A DNA stretch of 64,000 nt from Bacillota bacterium (GCA_050952625.1 JBMNLH010000001.1:1088001-1152000); one strand, 5' to 3'. Counted from the first letter of the stretch, positions 32,386 to 41,141 are shown. Notes: generated by a model not told the origin, from the letters alone. A program made the numbers and translations.

Positions 32386-33033
32386 TTATCTTAAGTCAGT
32401 TTCTATATAACCAGGGGCCTTGCCAACAACTCCCCCGCCACCATATTCCATGTCAGCATCTATATATCTCGGATCCTGCCACCAGTGTTCATACTCGCCA
32501 TCTTCATTAGGTTTCGGATCTTCCTTCGGTTCTTCCACTGGCGAAGTGATCATGGCCTTGCCTTTGCTCTCACCAGTCGGGGCAATCCATTTTACGTCAC
32601 ATTTGAATACTTCAGAGATGAATCTAAGGGGCACCATGGTCCGACCGTTAACTAGTATAGCCGGGGCATCCAGAGTGACCTCTTCATCAATAAACTCCCG
32701 GGGGTTATTCGGGTTTGGCTTATTAAGCGTCACGACATTAGAGTTAATCGGCATATAAATCCAAACGTTATCTTTATAGATCGACGCTTTTTGCTGTTCC
32801 TGATTCCACCTCACGTCTTTTGCACCCAAGGCATCAGACACGAACCGCAGGGGTACCATGGTCCGGTTGGTTTCGGCATTGATGAACGGACCTTGATCGG
32901 GGAAATTAATTTGTTCTTCATCTACGTAGACCTCGACGTTGTAGTTATAATCTGCCATAACCGGGGTGGTGGCAAACAAAAATACAAGCATTAACGAAAT
33001 AATCAGGTGAATACGTTTTTTCATCCAAAACAC
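32386..33033 (-). CDS. Secreted copper amine oxidase N-terminal (stalk) domain protein
   Basis: Signal peptide; two RTMVPLRF motifs. Confidence 0.85.
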   Translation of the reverse strand: MFWMKKRIHLIISLMLVFLFATTPVMADYNYNVEVYVDEEQINFPDQGPFINAETNRTMVPLRFVSDALGAKDVRWNQEQQKASIYKDNVWIYMPINSNVVTLNKPNPNNPREFIDEEVTLDAPAILVNGRTMVPLRFISEVFKCDVKWIAPTGESKGKAMITSPVEEPKEDPKPNEDGEYEHWWQDPRYIDADMEYGGGGVVGKAPGYIETDLR

Positions 33034-33048
33034 TCCTTTATTAGTTTT

Positions 33049-33264
33049 TTAAAATGAAGTTACCGCTATATAATCCGCTTGGGCAATAGGTTCAGGAGCC
33101 GGAATACCATCTTCGATCAAACCCTCGAAGTGCATTGCAGCGGCATCCATAATTGCTTGTTTAACTTCCTCTAATGTTTTACCAGTAGCCCCGCAACCGG
33201 GAACGTCCGGAATGTAAGCAGAAAAATTCCCATTGGCCTTTTCAATGACAATTAAGTATTTCAA
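33049..33264 (-). CDS. hicB: HicB-like antitoxin
   Basis: FSAYIPDVPGCGATGKTLEE. Confidence 0.85.
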   Translation of the reverse strand: MKYLIVIEKANGNFSAYIPDVPGCGATGKTLEEVKQAIMDAAAMHFEGLIEDGIPAPEPIAQADYIAVTSF

Positions 33265-33362
33265 TTCTCTCGCCCCCTTTTCAATTGAGCTTGTTTAAAA
33301 ATACTGTTAAGAGTTCCCGGAGCCAAGTCGTCGTTAGGATGACCCGCTATTGTAACTCGCCC
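33261..33362 (-). pseudogene. hicA: 3' half of a HicA toxin gene
   Basis: Reads GRVTIAGHPNDDLAPGTLNSIFKQAQL directly upstream of hicB; N-terminal half missing. Confidence 0.75.
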
Positions 33363-33808
33363 TTCAGATAAATTAAATCCCAAAACGCCAGTGCTTCTAA
33401 CCCTGGGATGATACCTCTTTCAATAGCAAAATATGGCCCCTCAGAATAATTTTCATCATCCGTTAGCACAAATTCTGCTCCAACTGCCTGAGCTAAAGCT
33501 ATAGCCCGTTTTTCTCCTTCATCTTTTGGAAGGAATAAACTATTCATGTCCTTTCGGTTAGCTTCATAAAGGGAAAACAAGACAGCCCTCTTTAAATCGC
33601 TTTTTTTGACTAACGATATGAATGAGACATTTGCCAAATCCTGGTCAAGCTCGTGAGCAATGTCCCTAAGCCTTCGATTCACCTCTCCGTATACAAATTC
33701 ATCTAAATATACAACATTAAAAAGATTACTGATCAAATACTTAGTGCCACTCCGGTACAAATGACCCAAAATATTTGCATCAGTTGAAGCTAAATTAATC
33801 TTCATCAA
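33347..33808 (-). CDS. PIN-like domain protein, probably 3'-truncated
   Basis: STDANIL, GEV, DEGEKRAIALA, VLTDD acidic motifs. Confidence 0.65.
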   Translation of the reverse strand: MMKINLASTDANILGHLYRSGTKYLISNLFNVVYLDEFVYGEVNRRLRDIAHELDQDLANVSFISLVKKSDLKRAVLFSLYEANRKDMNSLFLPKDEGEKRAIALAQAVGAEFVLTDDENYSEGPYFAIERGIIPGLEALAFWDLIYLKGELQ

Positions 33809-34649
33809 GATCCTTTAATAACTCGTCAAAATCAATCTCTTCGGGCAAAACTGGCTCTTTTTCTTCGAACCCTAATTCATCCGGCGTAACCCCCATTACC
33901 CGAAGTATCTCTTTAAGTACCGGATACGAAACATAACCATTTTCATAATTTTGTTCCAGACAACGGAAATATCTCGATGGGACCCATATCTGATTAGAAG
34001 GAACCAACAACGTTAATGATCCACCATGAACCCGACGGAATAATCCCTGCAGGTTATAGCCAGTATTCTCAAAGTAGTGATAAAAATATTGTGCCTTATC
34101 TTTATTTATCCACCCAAGCTCTGTTAATCTTCGGACCATCGCTCTGTAACTAACTCCAAATTCAACTTGGAGCCTTACTATATCCGAGTAACTTATTCCA
34201 TTGTCTTTAAATTTAAGTTCACTGGCTACCTCTTCAATTCCCTCGCGCGGCATAAGTAATTCAGCAGCAAAGCAATCTGCCCGATATTCAAGGGCATTGT
34301 TGGGAGTAAATTCACCTGTTTCCTGATCCCGAATCAGGGTAGGAGTAGTAAGTTGAATATCAAAAACATGATGGCCAATTTCATGGGCAACCGTAAATAT
34401 TTCTCTTGATAAAATCAATGAGGAGTTAGAAAATATCAGACGCTCGCCACGATAAACTGCCGAAAAACCCTGAAGCGATTCTTTGCCCAGGGGATAGCGC
34501 ACCAACAAATATTTCAGGGTTTGCTCAACAAACCTGAAAATATCTCCAAGCCCCCTAATCCCTAATGCATAACGCCTTCTGAGTTCAACAGCTTCTCGCT
34601 CAGCCAGTTTTTTGATTTCTTCAGCTGTCAAAGCCGCCTCTTTAGCCAC
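33795..34649 (-). CDS. ImmA/IrrE-family metallopeptidase
   Basis: FTVAHEIGH, EYRADCFAAELLMP, FGVS. Confidence 0.9.
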   Translation of the reverse strand: MAKEAALTAEEIKKLAEREAVELRRRYALGIRGLGDIFRFVEQTLKYLLVRYPLGKESLQGFSAVYRGERLIFSNSSLILSREIFTVAHEIGHHVFDIQLTTPTLIRDQETGEFTPNNALEYRADCFAAELLMPREGIEEVASELKFKDNGISYSDIVRLQVEFGVSYRAMVRRLTELGWINKDKAQYFYHYFENTGYNLQGLFRRVHGGSLTLLVPSNQIWVPSRYFRCLEQNYENGYVSYPVLKEILRVMGVTPDELGFEEKEPVLPEEIDFDELLKDLDED

Positions 34650-35010
34650 GCGACAATACTCCCTTCTTTTCCTTCATGCGAAAATACAACCTTTCTTGAG
34701 CAGAAAATACATCTAGAATGTTTTCTGCAATTTCAAAGGCCCTTTCTGCATCTGGCGTGCAAAACTCATCCCGACAAAGTGCTTTTAGGGATAATGATTC
34801 ATCATCGTCAACATTTGTGATTAGACTGTAATGGATTCCTAAATAATCAGCTATTTTTTTTATCTCTATAAAAGTAACTTCCCTTGCTCCCTTTTCTAAA
34901 CGAATATAGGCCTGTCTTGAGATACCAAGGATATCAGCAATCTGCTCCTGAGTAAAACCCTTCTTTTCACGATGCTGGCGGATTCGATGTCCCAAAATCA
35001 CGCTGTCCAT
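34642..35010 (-). CDS. XRE-family HTH regulator
   Basis: TQEQIADILGISRQAYIRLEKG. Confidence 0.9.
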   Translation of the reverse strand: MDSVILGHRIRQHREKKGFTQEQIADILGISRQAYIRLEKGAREVTFIEIKKIADYLGIHYSLITNVDDDESLSLKALCRDEFCTPDAERAFEIAENILDVFSAQERLYFRMKEKKGVLSRG

Positions 35011-35278
35011 TATTTGCCCCCCTAACTAAAATTCTAAACAGAAATGCCTATTGTAATAATTATACCACATAATATTGTTGTTTATAGCAAATATCACGCA
35101 ATTATGTAATATTATTTTTACATTATTTCTTTCTCAGTATTCAAACAGGCTTTTGGGGGCAAAATGATACGCGCGTGCTTCGCAATTTGATTTCCCAATT
35201 ATTTGGGAATATAATTAAAAAAGATAGCTTGCTGGAACAAGCTACCCTCAGCAGGAGATGCAGTATATCGGGCCTTCA

Positions 35279-35530
35279 TTGACGAATATTTTAATGCATG
35301 TTATCATATAGCTAATAAGAGGAGTTGCCGCTTTTTGCGTGGCGGCAGGTCCGGAATAAACGGTTAGACCGCCTTAACTAAGGCGGTCGTGTTATTTTCT
35401 AAACATAATGTATAGAAAAATAACTCCTATGGTTACTAAGCAAAATTGCCATATGTAACTATAGGCATCACCCCCTCGCGGGAAAGTGACCTTGACCGCC
35501 AAGCGGCAAACTCCTTGCTTTTTATTTTAG
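35279..35530. other. Type I toxin-antitoxin-like locus (minus-strand small hydrophobic ORF, plus-strand antisense RNA)
   Basis: Frameshifted ORF 35468-35392 (MPIVT/WQFCLVTIGVIFLYIMFRK); hairpin 35367-35388; end pairing 35320-35333/35501-35515; antisense promoter TTGACG-N17-TATCAT. Confidence 0.6.
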
Positions 35531-35540
35531 CATATTACTT

Positions 35541-37144
35541 CATTAGTGTTGCATTAACTTTTTAACAAAATACTAAGTTGTTCATTCATCATAGATGTTT
35601 AACGATTATACATGCGGATTACCATAATATAACTGGTCCTATAAGAAAAAACTCCTTATAATAGAGATGTACAGGTAGTCCTGTCCATAATCTCTAAAAT
35701 AAGGAGATCTGCTTATGGACAAGGATACCAGAAAATCTGCATTTCGTGAATGCCTTAAGCCTATATTTGTATCTAGTTTTCAAAAGCTACTTAAAACCTG
35801 GGACATTGACAAGTACGTCAAAAAGCTGTTCGCTAATAACTTTATCCTTTTAATGCTTTACGCCCAGATTGATTGCCTTGACAGTTTGCGCCATACGAGT
35901 CAGATATTGAAGGATAGTGAAAAACTTCAGGAACTTATTGGAATAACTTCTATAAGTGCATCACAGCTATCCAGAAAACTCAGAGAAATGTCAACCGAAG
36001 TTCTTGAAAAATTGTTTACTGAACTCGTAAAGGAGCTAGAAGCAACAATTGGTCATAAAGCAATGAGTCATCGTCTTAAAAGGATTTTCTTGGTGGATGC
36101 CTCGGTGATTAGCTTTTGTCTCTCCAATCACCTTTGGGCAACCTACCGGAAAACTAAGGCCGGGAGTCAAGCTTCACCTAAAACTAGCCTTTTATCCTGA
36201 AGTCGGGGTTTATCCTTATACGGCAATTATCACAACTGCTAAAGGTAACGATCGGACTCAAATGGATAACTTGGTCGTTGAAGAATCTGGAGATGCGCTT
36301 TACGTTTTTGACCGAGGTTACATTGATTACGAGAAGTTCGACAGCTATTGTGATAATAACAACCAGATCCGGTTTGTCAGCCGTTTAAAATCAAATGCGG
36401 TCAAGGAGTTAATCCTAGAGCAAAAGATCCTGGTTGATAATGAATGGGCACTGGAGCGAATTGTTCGTCTAGGCACACCGGGAGTTAACCAAATGAAACA
36501 TCCTCTACGGTTAATTGAAACCCGGGATACTCAAGGAAATGCCGTCACGATTGTAACCAATGACTTTGAACTAACTGCTCAAGAAATCAGTGATATTTAT
36601 CGGAACCGGTGGGCAATTGAACTATTTTTTAAATGGGTGAAGCAACATCTCAAGGTCAAAAAGTTTTATGGTAATAGCGAGAATGCCGTAAAGAATCAGA
36701 TTTGGCTAGCCCTCATATCCTTTTGTTTGATGACATTACTCCAATCAAAGGTAAAGTTCTCGGGAGAGCTCTTGAGTCTTCAACGTCTTCTACAATCTTG
36801 TGGATATGATTCTTTAGAACTTTTCCTCGACAAGTTGTTTAGGCCCACCAGCTCGTAAATCTAATGGAAGACGAAAGAATACATGGGAACAGGAATTCTG
36901 GCAGCTAAACGAACAAACATTGCTTTATGGGACTAGTATTCTAGATGAAACAACCTTAGATCTCATTTAACAAAATTAGGCAACGAAATGTGGTACAGGG
37001 CTATCTTTAATTGATCACTTGCTTTTAACATTTACGGGAAAAAATCCTGTTCAGAATATTCAATCTTAGTCTATTTAGCCCTATATATAAGCCAGTGTAA
37101 AATGCACTTAGAAGAAATGGGTTAAATTTTATGCATCACTAGTG
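35541..37144 (+). mobile_element. IS4-family insertion sequence, copy 2
   Basis: Same ends and organisation as 27321-28923, with scattered substitutions. Confidence 0.92.
35715..36970 (+). CDS. IS4-family transposase, frameshifts near 36160 and 36845
   Basis: Aligns to copy 1; breaks are at different positions. Confidence 0.88.
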
Positions 37145-37321
37145 AAAAAGAATATATAAAGGGATCAAACTTTGATATCTAAATCATTATAAACTTAATA
37201 GATAAGAACTATCCTTCAAGGTAACATTATCATAGAGTGAACTCGTTCAGCTTCGCTGAATATCGAGGCTTCAGATGGAGACTCTACTCCACCCAAAGTT
37301 TAAACAAAGTAACCCCCACTT
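37145..37321 (+). repeat. Right copy of the 177-bp direct repeat
   Basis: Starts immediately after the IS right end; matches 27144-27320. Confidence 0.92.
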
Positions 37322-37352
37322 ATAGAAGTGGGAGTATTTTAATTCAGATAAA
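37236..37352 (+). repeat. ~115-bp multi-hairpin repeat (complete copy)
   Basis: AGTGAACTCGTTCAGCTTCGCTGAA...CCCCCACTTATAGAAGTGGGAG...TTCAGATAAA; homologous to 48174-48288. Confidence 0.85.
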
Positions 37353-37498
37353 CACATACTAAGTACTTTAGGGGTTGCGTTTTGATGTCCCTAGGCATAC
37401 AATATTAATAGATGTTTAGATGTTTAACTAATTGTCTAACGAATAGCCAGGTAAACAAAAGGTATTAGTTAAACATTGTTTTGAATGGGGTGGTGAAG

Positions 37499-37783
37499 AT
37501 GTCCTTGAGTCTTGTTTTCAAAGCCCTGTCAGACGGTACTCGACGAGAAATCTTGCACATGCTGCAAAAAGGAGACCTAACTGCCGGGGAGATTGCTAAT
37601 CAGTTCAATTTGACTAAGCCCAGTATCTCTCATCATCTTAATGTCTTAAAGCAAGCGGATCTGGTTCAGGATCTCAGGAAGGGACAGAACATCCATTACT
37701 CTCTCAACACCACTGTCTTTCAAGAGGTGCTCGGTTGGTTTATTGGCGTAATGGGCAATAGAGGTCAGGATAGTCAAGATTGA
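37499..37783 (+). CDS. ArsR/SdpR-like regulator
   Basis: FKALSDGTRREIL, TAGEIA, SISHHL, YSLNTTVFQE. Confidence 0.88.
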   Translation: MSLSLVFKALSDGTRREILHMLQKGDLTAGEIANQFNLTKPSISHHLNVLKQADLVQDLRKGQNIHYSLNTTVFQEVLGWFIGVMGNRGQDSQD

Positions 37784-37873
37784 AGTCAGGAAGGAAATAA
37801 TATATCAGCAGGCAATAATAAAAGGATGATCCATTACAGCCTAACTTGAGATCCTTTTAGAATAAGAAAGGGG

Positions 37874-38575
37874 ATGAGCATTATGCTAAGAAAAATAAAT
37901 AGAGATAATGAAAGGAACGGGTATCAATTAAGTTGGTCTACCCTGCGTCAAGAATGGCCGATTTGGTTGTTACTTCTGGGCGCTTTAATTGCCGGAATAA
38001 TTACCTATCCCCATTTACCAGATCAGGTCCCCAGTCACTGGAATTTTAAGGGTGAAGTTGATGCCTATAGTTCACGGGAGTTCGGAGCTTTTATGCTTCC
38101 TTTGATAAACATTGGGATGTATTTAATGATGCTCTTCCTACCGTTGATTGACCCGAAACGAGATAATTACGCCCGTTTTGCCGGTGCCTACCGTTTTTTA
38201 CGTTGCGCCTTGGCTATCTTCATGACTGCTATCTATGCCATTACCATCCTGAGTGCTCTTGGCTATCAAATTAATACCGGTTTGGTAGTTAAGGCTTTTG
38301 TCGCCTTGCTGTTTATGTTGATCGGTAACTTTATGGGGCAGATGCGGCACAACTATTTTGTAGGCATTAAAAACCCCTGGACCCTGGCCAACGAGGAGGT
38401 CTGGCAGGCGACCCACCGTTTCTCCGGCAAGTTATGGGTAATCGGCGGTTTGATAACCTTGTTATTGGCTCCAGTTCAAGCACTCTGGGGAGTTTATCTA
38501 TTCTTCACTGTCATTGTTATCCTGGTTGTGCTACCAATGGTTTACTCATATCTTCTTTTTCGCCGGCTTAGTTGA
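37874..38575 (+). CDS. SdpI-family immunity membrane protein
   Basis: LPDQVPSHWN, NYFVGIKNPWTL..W..TH motifs; follows the SdpR-like gene. Confidence 0.85.
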   Translation: MSIMLRKINRDNERNGYQLSWSTLRQEWPIWLLLLGALIAGIITYPHLPDQVPSHWNFKGEVDAYSSREFGAFMLPLINIGMYLMMLFLPLIDPKRDNYARFAGAYRFLRCALAIFMTAIYAITILSALGYQINTGLVVKAFVALLFMLIGNFMGQMRHNYFVGIKNPWTLANEEVWQATHRFSGKLWVIGGLITLLLAPVQALWGVYLFFTVIVILVVLPMVYSYLLFRRLS

Positions 38576-38595
38576 ACTGAAAGGAGGTCCCATTG

Positions 38596-38682
38596 GGGAC
38601 TTCAAATAAAGATTCTAATCCACCCGAAGTTTCAACAAAGCACCCCCACTTATAGATAATAGCATCTTTTAATTCAGATAAA
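38596..38682 (+). repeat. Degenerate copy of the ~115-bp repeat
   Basis: TCCACCCGAAGTTTCAACAAAGCACCCCCACTTATAGA...TTTTAATTCAGATAAA. Confidence 0.7.
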
Positions 38683-38778
38683 CCTAAGAAAAGAAGTAAG
38701 CTTGAGTAAACAAGTCGTCAGAAACAAGCGGAAGTGCCTTGACTTTCCTGGGTTATCTTGATAAAATATCAAGTGCGT

Positions 38779-38856
38779 CGGGGCGTAGCTCAGTTTGGCT
38801 AGAGCGCTTGCTTGGGGTGCAAGAGGCCGGGTGTTCAAGTCACCTCGCTCCGACCA
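38779..38856 (+). tRNA. tRNA-Pro(GGG)
   Basis: Acceptor CGGGGCG/CGCTCCG, anticodon arm CTTGC-TTGGGGT-GCAAG, TTCAAGT loop, encoded CCA; TTGACT-N17-TAAAAT promoter upstream. Confidence 0.95.
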
Positions 38857-38907
38857 TGTATAATATAGTTTAAAGATTTTATTGAACTAATTGAGAACGA
38901 TATGTGA

Positions 38908-38936
38908 AACCAGTGCTTAATTGATGCACTGGTTTA
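38908..38936 (+). terminator. Terminator after the tRNA
   Basis: AAACCAGTGC...GCACTGGTTT stem. Confidence 0.65.
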
Positions 38937-39250
38937 TTAATTTCCTGAAAACAGTTTATTAGCCAAAGTTAAATATGAAATATGATTCAGTCTAATCCCA
39001 CTTGTGTCAAGGCAACCAAGAAAATGACAGAGCCGTACCACCCTCAATCAAGCTGTAATCGGCACCTTCTTTAGTAATTTGAGTAAACATAATGACAGAC
39101 CTAATCACTTGTCATATGAAAATCTTATACTTATACACTTAACTTTTTTGGAAACTATGGACATTTTATGCAGGATAATCCAAACTATTGGAGAATCTCT
39201 AATTAGCTAAGCAATTATTCTTTTCTGATGCAAGTATATGAAAGGAGTGA

Positions 39251-40039
39251 ATGCTAATGGATTATACCTGTGTACTCGTGGACAAAAAAGAAAGAATCTG
39301 TACCATTACCCTTAACCGACCAAAGGCCTTTAACGCGCTGGATGTTACTTTGACCGAAGAAGTCGAACGAGCTTTGGAAGATTGTTCCAGCGATCCAAAG
39401 GTGCGGGTGGTTATTCTTACCGGCTCCGGGGCTGCATTCTGTGGAGGCGGAGACATTCAAGAATTCGATAGCAATCCCAAAGGAGCCCCTTATTGCTGTC
39501 ATGAAATTACTAAGTACCTGAATCGGGCTGTTATCGAGATTAGGAGGATGCCCCAACCGGTCATTGCTAGTATTAATGGTGGTGTTGGCGGAGGGGGCCT
39601 GAGCCTTGCCGCCGCCTGTGATTTGCGAATCGCCGCTTCTTCAGCCAAGTTTAGTCAAGGGTATACCAGAATCGGCTTGGTGCCGGATGGAGCCTGGACC
39701 TTAACCATACCTTTGCTTGTTGGCTGGGGACGAGCTTGTGAAATGTTCTTTACTAACCCAGTGTTAACGGCAGAAGAAGCCAAAGAATGGGGTTTAATCA
39801 ATTGGGTTGTGCCTTCAGAACAATTAAGTCAAGCAACTTGGGAACTTGCTAAGCAGTTGTCTGAAAGCCCCAGGCAATCATTCGCGATCGGTAAGCAAAA
39901 CTTAAATCGAGCCTGGATGACTTGTCTAGAAGCCCAGTTAGAAGAGGATCGACGAGGTCTAGTTATGGCAGCCCAAACTGCTGATGCCAGAGAAGGGTTT
40001 AGGGCCTTCCTAGAAAAAAGAAAGCCCCAATTCAGCTAA
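39251..40039 (+). CDS. Enoyl-CoA hydratase/isomerase family protein
   Basis: ITLNRP, FCGGGD, GGGLSLAAACD, GLVPD, FLEKRKPQF. Confidence 0.9.
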   Translation: MLMDYTCVLVDKKERICTITLNRPKAFNALDVTLTEEVERALEDCSSDPKVRVVILTGSGAAFCGGGDIQEFDSNPKGAPYCCHEITKYLNRAVIEIRRMPQPVIASINGGVGGGGLSLAAACDLRIAASSAKFSQGYTRIGLVPDGAWTLTIPLLVGWGRACEMFFTNPVLTAEEAKEWGLINWVVPSEQLSQATWELAKQLSESPRQSFAIGKQNLNRAWMTCLEAQLEEDRRGLVMAAQTADAREGFRAFLEKRKPQFS

Positions 40040-40141
40040 TTGAGCTAAGGCATTGGTGGTTGTGCCTTGGGGACATGGATGGTTAATAAATAAAGCATAG
40101 GGCCCTAGAGATTGATCGTTAAAATCAAGCAGTCCATACAA

Positions 40142-40172
40142 ATCACCCTGTAAGAGTATCTTACAGGGTGAT
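40142..40172. terminator. Perfect 14-bp inverted repeat between convergent genes
   Basis: ATCACCCTGTAAGA-GTA-TCTTACAGGGTGAT. Confidence 0.55.
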
Positions 40173-40310
40173 GCTTCTAAATATATGCCAGCAAATAAGT
40201 ATCGCTGTTCAATCAATGCGGAATTGTCAGCTAAACCCAGTTGAGCCTTAGCCCAGAAGCAAGTTATAAAATAATAGTGGCTAGGCTTAATCTAATGGAG
40301 GAAAGGGCAT

Positions 40311-41141
40311 TTATTCGTCTTCTGCCAGGGTTCGGACAATGTCGGGAATAACTGTTTTGGCAACATCAGGATCGCCTCCGCCGCTGAGGGCCCAAAGCAG
40401 AGGCCGACCATTCGCGTACGTTTTCACCTTTTTCGCCAGCAACGGATAAGTAGGATCCCATAAACAAAAACCGCCATAATCCAGGTAATGAGAATCATGA
40501 CCGAATATCACAATCATTAGGTCGAAGTCATAGTCTGGTTTTAGAGAAACCTCTAGTGTCTCTAGAAATTCCTCATCCCAGCCCATCCTAAGGGCATAGT
40601 CGTAATTGTTCAGTTTCGAATCCAGATGGGAGGTCATCTCCTGGCAAAAATTAATGTGAATAACATCCGGATCATCGTGAAAAAACTCTCTGGTTCCGTC
40701 GCCAAAATGCGGATCAACATCAAGGATGAGAAAACGCTGCATTCCTTCTTGACGGAGCTTATTAATAGCTATTGCCGCATCATTCAAATAGCAGTATCCC
40801 CAAAATTTAGATCGACCGGCATGATGGCCGGCACAACCAGTATAAGAAAAAACAGATTTAAAGGTTTTGGAAGCAACGAGCTGGGCTCCTTGCAGAACGC
40901 TTGCCGCAGATAATAGCGCGTTGTTGTAGAATCCAGTCTGGATAACTTTTTGCAGGTATACAGGGGTATGTACTTGATTAACGGATTCTACAAGCTCTGA
41001 TGAAATCTGAGGAGTAAAAACTTTAATATTTTTTTCTTCAATAACCTTTTTGAGAGAATTGAATGACGGAATTATTCTTTTTTTTAAAACCGGGTCACCA
41101 AAAAGTCCAAATTCTTCGTGATAGGTAACTGCCACGCTCAT
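40311..41141 (-). CDS. Histone deacetylase / acetylpolyamine amidohydrolase family protein
   Basis: AGHHAG, GYCYLND, LDVDPHFGDGT, GHDSH. Confidence 0.85.
   Translation of the reverse strand: MSVAVTYHEEFGLFGDPVLKKRIIPSFNSLKKVIEEKNIKVFTPQISSELVESVNQVHTPVYLQKVIQTGFYNNALLSAASVLQGAQLVASKTFKSVFSYTGCAGHHAGRSKFWGYCYLNDAAIAINKLRQEGMQRFLILDVDPHFGDGTREFFHDDPDVIHINFCQEMTSHLDSKLNNYDYALRMGWDEEFLETLEVSLKPDYDFDLMIVIFGHDSHYLDYGGFCLWDPTYPLLAKKVKTYANGRPLLWALSGGGDPDVAKTVIPDIVRTLAEDE

Larger units (their letters stand above)
27321..37144. mobile_element. Composite/cointegrate element: IS - 6.6-kb cargo - IS
   Basis: Two directly repeated IS copies, outer 177-bp repeats, inner 9-bp ATATTACTT repeats. Confidence 0.8.

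Noticed and set aside
38779-38856. tRNA-Pro as the attachment site of an island
   Set aside because: No duplicated tRNA 3' end and no integrase seen in the window.
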